Origin: Octopus sinensis
Lineage: Eukaryota
Length of the DNA stretch: 64,000 nt
NCBI RefSeq assembly: GCF_006345805.1
Contig: NC_043000.1
Coordinates: 132,742,001 to 132,806,000, forward strand
Direction: 5' to 3'
Of this stretch, positions 1-12,800 are shown piece by piece. Position 1 is the first letter of the stretch; each line of letters opens with the position of its first letter. The notes under the pieces are model-generated. The model did not search any database. It worked only from the letters and a program-made list of their open reading frames with translations, and was not told where the DNA came from. The position numbers and the translations under genes were made by a program.

Positions 1-757
1 ATGGGTGAGAATAAATTAAATATGGGTCAGAGAACATAATCCACACAAAGTTGCACATTGCATCAAATTCTTTCTGAAACAGTTAAATGATGATAGCAAA
101 TTGTAAGGTATGAGTCATGAGTTCATTGTGAGTGCATTAGATCTTTAATCTTCTGAATCACAAATATCTATAAATTATTATTCTATGTAATGCAAGTATA
201 AAAAAAAATGGAACTAGTATATTTTTCCATAATCATAAATATTTGCCAATAACTGATTAGTAATATAGAGATAAAGGAGCTGTTTTTTCCTCAAACATTA
301 GTGACATGAGTGAATTAGTTTCAATCAAAAATGGAGATTAGGCTGTAAACCTGACTGCTCATTATCTGCTATGTAAGGTTCATCATATAAAATACAAATG
401 ACAAAGCCATGTTTAAATAGTGACAAAATAGGGAAGTGTTGGTAAAGTGTTGGTTGAATGAGAGAGGAACAGCAAAAAAAAAAAAAAATCTCAAGTGAGG
501 CCAGACCCATTTGGATTTTAGTATTCTCTAAGTAGATTGTAAACAGAATGAACCCTTCCTGGCTGATATATGCAATATAAAATAATGGGAAATAGAGGAA
601 AACAGCTAGTTAGGTTGGAAATACAATTGATGAATGTGTATGCATGAAAGGAAAGGAAACAAGAGGTAAGCTAACTCATTCAAAAAGAAATGTCTCAAAT
701 AAATTTGATGGTCATTATAATAATTATATATTATAGTGAGTTACAAAATTTGCTTAC

Positions 758-832
758 CTCCCCCCCATTCTCAGAGCTGTTCATATCTGTATACAAATAT
801 TCTTTTTTGACGTGAACCCTCCGAGAGGGGAC
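758..832 (-). CDS. TFCP2: TFCP2 coding exon 9, probable ([25 protein letters not shown])
   Basis: tttcttgtag acceptor, GAG|gtaagc donor, 75 nt open in phase 0. No recognisable vertebrate homology, so the call rests on splice signals and frame. Confidence 0.75.
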
Positions 833-3800
833 CTACAAGAAATTTCCAAAGTTCAACTTTGACGCATATTTAAAAAAAGCAAACAAACAAACAAACATAT
901 TTTGAAGTAGACTGTGTATGTGCATGTGTATATAGATATAAATATATATTGTATAAAATATATTAGAATATAATATATATTTTTATATAATATATTTAAT
1001 CCATGTTACACAATATATTTGTTATATAATATGCAATGTAAATTATATATATTAAATTATCAATGAATTTTAACTTTTTAATGTGTATTTCCACATTCAA
1101 GGTAATCTAATAATATGTATTAAAAGATTAAAATAAAATATCACAACGGAAAGGACAAAATAAAGTACTAAGGCTGCCTAAAGAAAAAAAAACCATTTTG
1201 TAAGGGATATAGAAGTGATATTGGTGTTTATATCAAAATCAGTAGATTGCTGGTATGTATCTTAACCATAGGAAGACAAAAGCCAGTCAAACCTAACAGT
1301 GCTTAGACACAGAACAATAAACAACTGAAATACAACAAAACATGCTTGGATTAGGTATAGTCATTGCAATTGCTTATGTCCAAAATATTATAGTCCAATT
1401 TAATTACTGTTTAACAGTAACTTAATTACTGTTTAACCTTGCAAGGATGAGAGGAAGAGTCAATTCCAACAAGGTTTTCATTCAGAACCATATAGTACCA
1501 TATAAGGACACTAAATTAAACCATTTCAACAATCCACTGAACTGACTTTTTTGACCACCATAAATATTTAAAAAAGAAAAATCTTTCTTGAATTGACATG
1601 GCACAGAGATTGATGCTTTTGGGCAGAGGCGCACAACTGAGAAAACAGTATCCCAGTCTTCCATAAGGATGTATATAAATTACTCCATCTTTGAATTGAG
1701 AAGATATAGGCACTTACATGTTCAAAGACTATAACATTATTCTGCTCTTGAATTAAAACTCTAAACTACTGATGATGAGGGCATTCTGACAGCTTCTAAT
1801 TTCAACTTAGGCCCCCTCAACAATTTTTAGAAACTCAAACAAATACACCATAAACTAGTTAGATCAGTACTAATGCTCAACACCAAAGTTTTTAGAAGTA
1901 ACTATTATCGAAATTATAAATTAATTCCCAATGGATATTTTATGAACACAAAACAAAGTTTATATACAAAAGTTTTCCTAGGTCATAACAAGCAAAATAT
2001 TTTATCCTAAGCTACAATATAATTTCATTTTACGACTTGGTGGACTTAGCTTCAATATTGGTTCTATTTTATAGTCACATGGAAAAATGTTCACTTGCTA
2101 AAATACATATTCCTAAAGAAAAAAAAATTTCATCTAATTCTACTAATATTAAGCGAAAAGAAAAGATGAGAAAACAGCAGTATGTGCAGGAAGGACAAAA
2201 GAGTGTTTGTGTGTGTAATGTTTTCCTCAATGGAAATAGTCAGATGTATAAGATTACCCCAAGGAAATAGTTAAGTTTCCTCAAAAGATTTTGTTTGACA
2301 CACAACTATACAGAAACTATATAAAACATGTTTGTTACACATTATACAAATTCATACAAGTTTGATGTATCATTAACTAAGTTGATAAAGTTCTTAAAAC
2401 ATTTTTAAAGGCTTTAAAAACCTTTATAAACCATTTATAAAGGATTATATAGTCAAGCTTCAATGAATTCAATCATTAATAATTCATTACATAGACACAA
2501 GATGTATAAAGTATTCTATATTGTATCTTATGATGCACATTCTTTTGCTGAGAATATTCTAATTTTGTTAGAAGGCAAACAATTGGGGGTGAGAATTGAT
2601 TATATTACCCCCAGAGCTCAACCAGTATCTTTTATTGACCCCAAAAGGATGAAAGTCAAAGTCAACCTCAACAGCATATGAACAAAGAATCAGATGAAAT
2701 GCCAGTAAGCATTTTGTCTGGCATGGTAATGGTTCTGCCAGCTTGCCACCTTTCATCAGAGATGAATATTAGCAAATGGAATGGCTCCAATAAGAAACCT
2801 AAAGTGGATAACCATTTTGGCATGCTAATATTTTTATGATAATATCATTATTGAATACTTTAATAATGTTACAGAGAAGCCTTAGCTTCTATTGCTATAA
2901 AATTTCTAATAATTCCATTCATTACCCAATGAAGAGAAAATTTATTATCAGAAAAACCATTTTATATATATATATTTATTGATAATAAAACAAGCCACTC
3001 ATGGGACTTACAATTGTAATTTTGGACTGAAATGAGAATAATAATAGGGCTGTGTCTCTGTTGTATGATTAACTGTCAATTTAAATTTTAACAACAGAAA
3101 GATACTAAATAGTGTTGGCAAAAACTTGAGAAAAGTTGCCTCACTAAAAACAAAACCCGTCAAAAATGTATTAAAATACAAACCAATAATAGAATAATTT
3201 CAAGTCTATTACTGAACACCTTTGAAGTAGTTGTCTTGCATTATATCAGAATAAATTGAAATATATAACAAAGAAGGTAGGACAGCAAGAATATTACATG
3301 TAAAATTTCTTAACAAATTCTAGAATTTTTATGAGCCAAATATGCAATGTAAAAAAAAAAAAACATCTATTTTATATTTATTAGATATCAAAAACAGGTA
3401 CTGAAATTAAGTAAAGAAATGATGCCCAAGTATCTTTCTTTCTCGAAAACTTTTTTGTTTTTAAAATTAAAGACATAACAATTGGCTTGTAACACAAACA
3501 GCTACTCACCCAATTTAATAATTGCTAAATTAAAATATGGTGTAAACATTAAAAGAAAAGAACTTTATTTATAGAAAAAATTAATTTTATCCCAAATAAA
3601 GTCAAGGTGAATTATGTTGCATTCAAAGTAGATTTTATAAAAAAGGACATTTTTAGTGACACGTTAAAAAAAAAAATTTTAATGCTAACCTCTGTGAGTA
3701 CTGTGCATTCATAGGAAGGCTGGTATTTTTCCTGCAATCAAATCAAAAGAAACAATTAACTTTGAAATATATTAGTTGCCAATTAAGTGAAAATACTATT

Positions 3801-6800
3801 GAAGAAAACCATAAAGATTTCCGTATCCACTCATACTCACATACAACTACCCACCTTCTCTCCATCCCCAATCCATTGTCTGGATCCCTTATGTTCACCT
3901 CCTTGTACTGACAGTTTGCTTTGGTACCTTAGTAGAAGATGGTACCCTCTAGTACCATCATCTTCCAAACTACTCCCATCCACTCCTAGTAATGTGAAGT
4001 GGTCATGTATCTCTATAGCAAGACACCTGTGCTGGTCCTTATATCATATTTTAGCCTTTCAAAACCTGGCATAAAGACCACCTCCTCCTATCAAATACTC
4101 CTCTCCACTTAGTAGCAGGAGTCTTTTTCTTTTCCCTTTATCCCCATTCTTCCATCTTGCAAGTTACTCAGTAATGTCACTAGAGCTAGTGGTACCCAGT
4201 ATACACTAAATCGGTTAATATTATGAAGGGTATTATAGAAAACTTGCCAAAGCTGATGCTGATGCTCAGCGCAGCTCTGCAGTTTACCAGATCCTGTCAC
4301 TGTCCAACCCATACCAGCATGGAAAACAAACATTAAAAAGAGATTTTAAAAAAGATATTACACAATGGAAGACAAATATATGTGGAGTTTTAAGTGCTTG
4401 CCCAACCTGCCTAGAAATAGAAAGATAAATCACTCAAACATCTTAGCCAACTTAAAAAGAGAAGGACAAGTTAGATAATGTCAGTCTAGATCAGTGCTTT
4501 TCAAACTTTTTGCTGGAGCGGAACCCCAAGGAAACATTCCACTGGCTCAAGGAACCCCTGTGCAATAATTTAATAGTCTTATGCACACATATCTGCACAG
4601 GAGAATTAAAAATTACTGCCGATTTTAGCAGTTTTGTAACTTCTTGCGGAACCCCTGGACTGTGCTGGTGGAACCCTAAGGTTCCACGGAACCCTGGTTG
4701 AAAACCACTGGTCTAGATATTCCTAAAAGAGACAGGATCATAAGTACAATGCTTTTAATAAGTCTAACCAATCAGGTCTTAGCTGGAATTAAACAACAAT
4801 GTGAAAAATCTTGACATTGTAAAAACTACTGGTACTTAATGAATAACAAAAACAAAGCTTCAATGATTGTAATATATTGATCTTAAATTCTGGCACAAGG
4901 CCAGTAATTTAGGGGAGGGTGTAAGTCGATTAAATCAAACCTAGTGCTCAACTGGTGTGTATTTTACTGACCTCAAGAGGATGAAAGACAAAGTAAATCT
5001 CAACAGTATCTGAACTCAGAACACAAATTCAGGTGGAATCCCATTAAACATTTTGCCAGGTGGGCTAATGATTCTGCCAGCTCATTACCTTTTTAATGAT
5101 TGTAAGTATCATCATCATCACTGTTGTTTAACGTCCACTTTCCATGCTAGCATTGGGTGGACGGTTTAACATGGATCTAGCCAGCTGGAAGCTGTCCAGA
5201 CTCCAGTCGTTTGTTGTGGCATGGTTTCTACGGTTGGATGCCCTTCCTAATGCCAACTACTTAAAAGAATGCCACTGTAAATATATTCGTTTCTACTCTA
5301 GGCACAAGGCCTGAAATTTTGGGGGAGGAGGGCAGTCGATTAGATCGACCCCAGTAGGCAACTGGTACTTAATTTATCAACTATGAAAGGATGAAAGGCA
5401 AAGTCGACCCCGGCTGTATTTGAACTCAGAACGTAAAGACAGACAAAATATCACTAAGTATTTCGCCCAGCATGCTAATGTGTCTGCCAGATCACCACCT
5501 TGCCACTGTAAATATATTAGCATATTAATATATTAGTCTAATGAAGTCATACTAGACCTTTTAAAATCTGCACACATTTATTCCTTTCTACAGATGGTAG
5601 TATACCATCGGCTATAAGAAAGTTGGTCACATATTCATTAAGATGTGCAGGTGGCACGTAAAAAAAACCATTTCAAGTGTGGCTGTTGCCAGTACTGCCA
5701 GACTGGCCCTCGTGCCGGTGGCACATAAAAGCACCCACTATACTCTCGGAGTGGTAAGCGTTAGGAAGGGTATCCAGCTGTAGAAACTCTGCCAGATCAG
5801 ATTGGAGCCTGGTGCAGTCATCTGGTTTGCCAGTCCTCAGTCAAATCGTCCAATCCATGCTAGCATGGAAAGCGGATGTTAAATGATGTTGATGATATAT
5901 ACATGAAACCTTTATACCATTTTTAACAAAAGCGAATCGCAAATGACTGCCCAACCCATGTCAGCATAGAAAACTGGACATTAACCCTTTAGTATTTAAA
6001 CCGGCCATATCCGGCCAAAATAGTTAATCTGTTTTATGTTCAAACTGACCAGATCCAGGCCCTCACACCTACCCTACAATGTTATTCTACATTAAGTAAT
6101 TACACCATCAAGATCTTGAAGATATGAGATAATGCACGATTAATTCAAATCAATGGGAATCAATAAGCATTATGTTTGATTGAATAATCTGAACACTAAA
6201 GGGTTAAAGGATGATGATGATGATGATGAATCACAATAAAATAAAATTGTTATTAGTAACAATCGACATTTAAAATTTGCAAAAGTTAAAACAAAACTAA
6301 AAACTAATCAAATACTTCATTCACATTTAAATGTTACGTCACAAACATATCGTTACTAAAGTAACTATTAATTAAAAATAAGGTAAATACAAAGCAAACT
6401 AATAAAGTTTAAGAATGAAAATAACAAACAGAACCTTACTTTTTCTGCTTCTGATCGTTTCTCCATCTTCTCTCGGTCTGTTTTGTGTTTTCTGTCAGCA
6501 CCTTTGGGCTAAGGATAACAACAATAACAACAATAATAATAATCCTTTCTACTATAGGCACAAGGTTTGAAATTTGGTGGGGCGGGCGGGGCTTGTAGAT
6601 TATGTCAACCCCAGTGTTCCACTGGTATTTATTTCATTGACCCAGAAAGGATAAAATGCAAAGTTGACCTCAGCAGAATTTGAACTCAGAACATTAGCGA
6701 CAGACAAAATACCGCTGAGCATTTCATCCGGTTCCGGTATGCTAATGATTCTGCCAGCTCGCTGCCGTAATAATAATAATATTAATAATAATCCTCTCTA

Positions 6801-9800
6801 CTAAAGGCACGAGGCCTGAAATTTGGGGGCAGGGACTAGTCGATTACATTGACCCCAGTGTTTCACTGGTACTTAGTTTATTAACCCCAAAAGGATGAAT
6901 GGCAAAGTTGACCTCTGAATAATAATAATAATAATAATAATGATTTCAAATTCTATCACAAGGCCAGCAATTTCGGGGAAGTGGGTAAGTTGATCAAATC
7001 AACTCCAGTACTCAACTGGTATATTCCTTATCAATTCCAAAAGGATGAAAGGCAGAATTTGAATTAAGAATATAATGCCACTAAGCATTTCACTCAGAAT
7101 GCTAATGATTCTGCCAGCTCAACACTTTCGATAATAATAATAATAATAATTATTATTATTATATATATAATTATACTGTTGAGTATCTATGCATTGAATA
7201 AAATCTATCTTATGACTTATTCTAATAATACATTTCAATGCTTTGAAACAAACTTGTTTGTTTACATATGGTGTAACCTATATGACATCTAACGTTCTTG
7301 GAGAATTCTATAACTTCTTAAATTGCAGAAGAATTTGGTGAGCAGGCGGTTTAGCTTAAATGGTAAAGCATTCTAACTGGATATTGGAGGGATGGGAGTT
7401 CAAACCTCATGGTTGTCTGCCGACAAATTTTTCTGCTTTTAAAAAAGAAAAAAAGGATTTTATCCTTTATATTGTATTCTGTTCAGTATCTATGCGTTGA
7501 ATAAAATTTATCTTCCTACTTGTTCTACAATAATAATAATAAAACTATTTTAATCAAATGTATCAAAAAATTACACATTTACTTTAAAGAACTTTAAATT
7601 CTTGGATTTACAAATTCCATCATACCCTTGTGAGCATGGAAAAGTGGATGCTAATGCAAGGATGATGAGGAAGAAGATGATAAATAAAGTCAGTAAATAC
7701 AATATTGTGTACATAAACTAACAAACCTATTAGCTGGTATCAATTCTTGATATTCTGAATAACACTAACTTCTACATATGAAAAGACTTATTATAACCAT
7801 ACAAAAATAGCAATATAAGTTATGTTTGTATTGGAGGTTAGAAAAAAAACTTCTATTAAGTTTTCTATTAAGAAAATTATTTAACTCTTACCTTAAACAC
7901 TTTAACTTGACATGAAGCAGTATGAAGTAAATTGCTTTCACCATCCTCTGAAGTATGAGATTCCACTTGAATTCGAAATGGAACCCCCTTTTCACCACCA
8001 TGCTTTTTGGGGGTGAATTCTGTGCTAATACAATGAACTCTGATATATATTCCAGTTTCTTTTGTAGGATCCCAAATAAACTCAGCTGCGTTTAACTTAT
8101 TAGGATCTAAGCGAACATCTATTAAACCATATGATAAGGGGATATCTAGGATAAAACAGAAAAAAGATATTTTTAAAAATATGGTCCAATATTTTCGTTT
8201 TTTTTTTTTTTAATGTTGGCATGGGTGATATAGTTCTGCAAATTCAAATATTTGAAAAATGAACTGGTGGAGAAGGGTAGGGTTAGAGTTGGTCACAATA
8301 AAAAAATTAAACTATCAACCAAAATGGTGATTCACACCTTGTTCAAAAACTAAGGTACTACTGTAATTACAAGCAATTGGTCTCAAGGAAGTAAAATAAT
8401 GTCCCTTGCCAAATAATTGTGACAATAACAGAATAGCAAAATAATTTAGATGTCTTTAAGATCAGAAACAAATAAAAATTAAAGTTAATTTTATGTACAA
8501 ATTTCAGAGTTGTATTTGTCTAGCAAAAGCCTTATCTCTTTACTGCCCACAAGGGGCTAAACATAGAGGACAAACAAGGACAGACAAAGGGATTAAGTCG
8601 ATTACATCGATCCCACTGCGTAACTGGTACTTAATTTAATGACCCCGAAAGGATGAAAGGCAAAGTCAACCTTGGCGGAATTTGAACTCAGAACGTAAGG
8701 GCAGACGAAATACCTATTTCTTTACTATCCACAAGGGGCTAAACACAGAGAGGACAAACAAGGACAGACAAACAGATTAAGTCGATTATATCGACCCCAG
8801 TGCATAACTGGTACTTAATTTATCGACCCCAAAAGGATGAAAGGCAAAGTCAACCTCGCTAGAATTTGAACCCAGAACGTAATGGCAGATGAAATACCAC
8901 TAAGCATTTCACCCAGCGCACTAACGTTTCTAGCAAAAGTCTTGGTTTAAGACTATACGTAGAAACTGAAGTTAAAATAACATGGAAGAGCTATTTAATG
9001 AAACTTAAAACTTAAGTTCACTTAAAATTTATTTCATGGTGTTTCAAATTTTCCTTATACAACTGCTACTTGGTTAACTGACACTGTGTTGCATTATGTC
9101 AGTTGCGCAATAGAAATTATGACACCTCATGAAATAAATTTAAATTTCAAGTGAATTTTCACAGCTTTGTGTGTTAATAAATGGTTCCTCCACAATGTGA
9201 TAAATGTGGAAGAGTTGAAGAAGATGAAAGTGAAGGGACAGTTGATGGATACTATCAGAGAGAGACAGTGGAGATTTGTTGGTCATTTTCTCAGAGAGGA
9301 TGACAGAATGGAGTGTTACATGGTGGAGACTGAGCTGGTGGACAGGAGAGCGAGAGGAAGGCAGAGAATGAAGATGTTTGACTGGATGAAGAAGAGATTG
9401 AACATGCAGAGCAAGAAAGACCTGAGTGATGTTGTGAGAGACAGAAATAAATGGGGGAGAAACAAGCCATGATTCGTCAAAGGCATGAATATGGAATGGC
9501 ACAAGAGAGAGAGACAATGTGGTCATTTGTACAAAATTTGTAATAAATGAACTCACCAATATCTAATAAACGTTCACCTGGTCGGGTTAGGCGCCATAAT
9601 TCTAATTGTTCCTTCTCCATGTACTGTAAACGACGTTCATGGAAGCAGACTTTTACAACGCTCTGCAAAAAAAAAAATCATCCAATTATTGGAAAAATGT
9701 TTCAACAAAAGAACTATTTAGTCAACTCAATCTTGTGATGAAACATAAAACTTATTGCAAAGACTTTGATAAAAGATAAAAATAAAACAATATTGAAGAG

Positions 9801-12800
9801 GAGCTCAAGTCTATCAAAATCTCAAAACTAATGCAAAACTAAGATGAGGTTTTGAACCAGAGACCTAGGTGTAATACTTGCACAACAGCACCCACAAGTC
9901 AAGTGTTAGTGTTACACTGGGCAGATTAAATCTATCACCCAAAATGTTTGTTACACTATTGTCATCATGATTTTCATTTGTTTCAGCCTCGAAGAATCTT
10001 AGCCAAATGAACCAACCCCAGGATTCCTTTTTTTTAAGAGCTTGGTACTTATTCTATCATACTCGTTTGATGAACTGCTAAGTCACAGAGATATAAACAC
10101 ACCACACCAAGAGTTGTCAAGCAGTGGTGGGAGACAAACACAGACACACATAAAGTGCTTCTTTCAGTTTCCATCTCCCAATCCACTTACAAGGCTTTGG
10201 TCAGCCCAAGACTAGAATAGAAGAGACTTGCCCAAGATTCCACACAGTAGGGCTGAACCCAGACCCATGTGGTTAGGAAGCAAACTTCTTACCTACACAA
10301 CCATATCTACTCAACTCTAAAAGTAAATACCAACAAATCCAAACAACAAATATAATAAAAAGCCCAAGTATCTTCACACACAACACTGGCTCATAAAGCA
10401 AGTGATTAGGTAGGATTCAGTAGTATTTACACAGTTTAGTTTACAACAAAATATAAATAAACTATGGTTTAAGTTTTGATAACAATTAATGCACATCAAA
10501 TAACAAACCAAATCCCAAAATGAAACATGCACAAGATCATAAATAAATTAGAGGCTTTTAATCCTTTCGTTACCAACCCGGCTGAAACCGGCTCTGGCTC
10601 TGAGTACAAATGTCTTGTTTTCATAAGATTTTAATTAAAATCTTCCAAACTTTAGTCACAATTTATGCTCCTAACACTAGCTGAATGATAACTAAGTTAT
10701 TTTACTAAATCCTTTGTTATATTTAAAGTAATTGAAAGAAACACAGAGCCTCTCAAAATAAATACAGTAACGAAAGGGTTAATGATTTAACAATAAATAT
10801 GACACAAACATGTCCATACATATCTAAAGTATAATCAATATGAGAGCACAGTATTCAATAGTGCATAAAACCTTAGCCACTTCTTTTAATTTTTGTTTCC
10901 CTAACAGTCAATCGTGTGAATCTCCCCCTCCTACCACTGGAACATGTTTTCCATGCAGGTGCTAACCTTACATGATAAACTGAACATCCGTAATATCAAT
11001 CCTAAAAGTGTTGGAAACTCTACAAAGATCATGGGTACTGACCTATCCTCTGGATTAAGTCTGGATTAATAAATACAACATAACTGAAACCTGAAGGACA
11101 GGGGACTTACTGGACAAAGTAAGTGAAAACAGATTTCAATTCCAGTCTGTTGTCTACTATAATGTGTGTGTGTGTGTGTGATATGTGTGTGTGTGATATG
11201 TGTGTGTGTGTGTGTGATATGTATGTGTGTGTGTGTGTATATCTTTTAGTCAAGAGGAAAGGCAAGCCCAGGATGAGGAAGTTATCTTCAGACCAGACAT
11301 ATAGTCCAAGTGTATGCAACAGTGAGTGGGTTTGCCAAAAGTACCCAATGTAAAAGAAGGAGGCGTTAGAGTAAGTGACAGATTCTGTCTCCCACTGAAG
11401 AAGGTCATCGCAAGATTTGAACTCAGAATGCAAAGAGTTGGAACAAATAGTGCAAGTCATTTTTTTTTACAGTTCCACGGCTCCAGGAGTACTTTTTTTT
11501 TTATCAAGCTTAAAAGAACAAAAGACAAGTTTGACACTGGCAACATTTGAATTCAGAACATAACAAACACCAGGAGACGTTCTACTCAATGTTCTAATAA
11601 CTCAATCAATTCATATAAATATATATATCAGTGGAGCGGTAACAGCTCCATCCGAGTGGGATCACTGCCAGAGCGGCTATCTGGATTCCGTGCTGGTGGC
11701 ACGTAAAAAGCATGATTGTTACCAGCGTCGCCTTATTGGCACGTGAACAAAACATTCGAGCGAGGTCGTTGCTAGTGCCACTGGACTGACTCTTGTGTAG
11801 GTGACACATAAAAAACACCATTTCAAGTGTGGCCTTTGCCAGAACCACCAGACTGGCCCTCGTGCCGGTGACACGTAAAAGCACCCACTACACTCTCGGA
11901 ATGGTTGGCGTTAGGACAGATTGGAGCCTGGCACAGCCATCTGGTTTGCCAGTCCTCAGTCAAATCGTCCAACCCATGCTAGCATGGAAAGCGGACGTTA
12001 AATGATGATGATGATGATATAATAAATAAAAAGAGTACAATGAACTTGCCATGAGGAGTGGGAAATCCAATGTTTTGGACAGTGTCCATCTTCTGGGAAA
12101 ATTTGAAAGGAGAGAAATTAATAATAAGTACCAGAATTTTATATCCTCTGATTTAAAAAAAAACTGGCTGCAACTGATAAGTAGTGCAGGATTATGCAAG
12201 TTTCATACATGAACAAGAAGTGATAGGAGAATCAGTATAAAAATGGAAAAAGTAAAGGAATGAGGAGAAGCAGGCTAAGTCAGGAGTGAGATGAAGGGAA
12301 ATGATGAGAGAGAGACAGAGGAGTTGAAGGATAAGAAAAGGTTGAATGAACTACGAAATGAAAGAGTAGAAGGGAAAAAAAAATGTTCATTTAAACCTGT
12401 CGGTAATATGGTGCCAAGTTCAAATATGAAACCTTCTCACCATTTCTTTGGGAATGTGGATACATGGTGTGTGACAATGTTGCATACTGATAGGTGGATG
12501 ATGGAATGGGCTATAGTGTTGAAGTAAGTGGCAACTGGTTGGCCATATACAAATACAAATGTGCTTCAAATACACATATACATATATGCTTCAAATACAC
12601 TCCCAAATGCAGTCAGCAAAGCATTGGCCTATTTCCCCAATATCAAGGGCACTGCAAAGTTTGCATATGACATGCATCAGTAGATGCATAATATATTGTT
12701 TCTAAGGCCCACTGATGGTAGTAGTATTGTTAATGTAGGTACAGGTATAACATCATCAGCAGGTGCATTTAAAATTGCCCGGTTGTGTGGGGCCTGGGGC

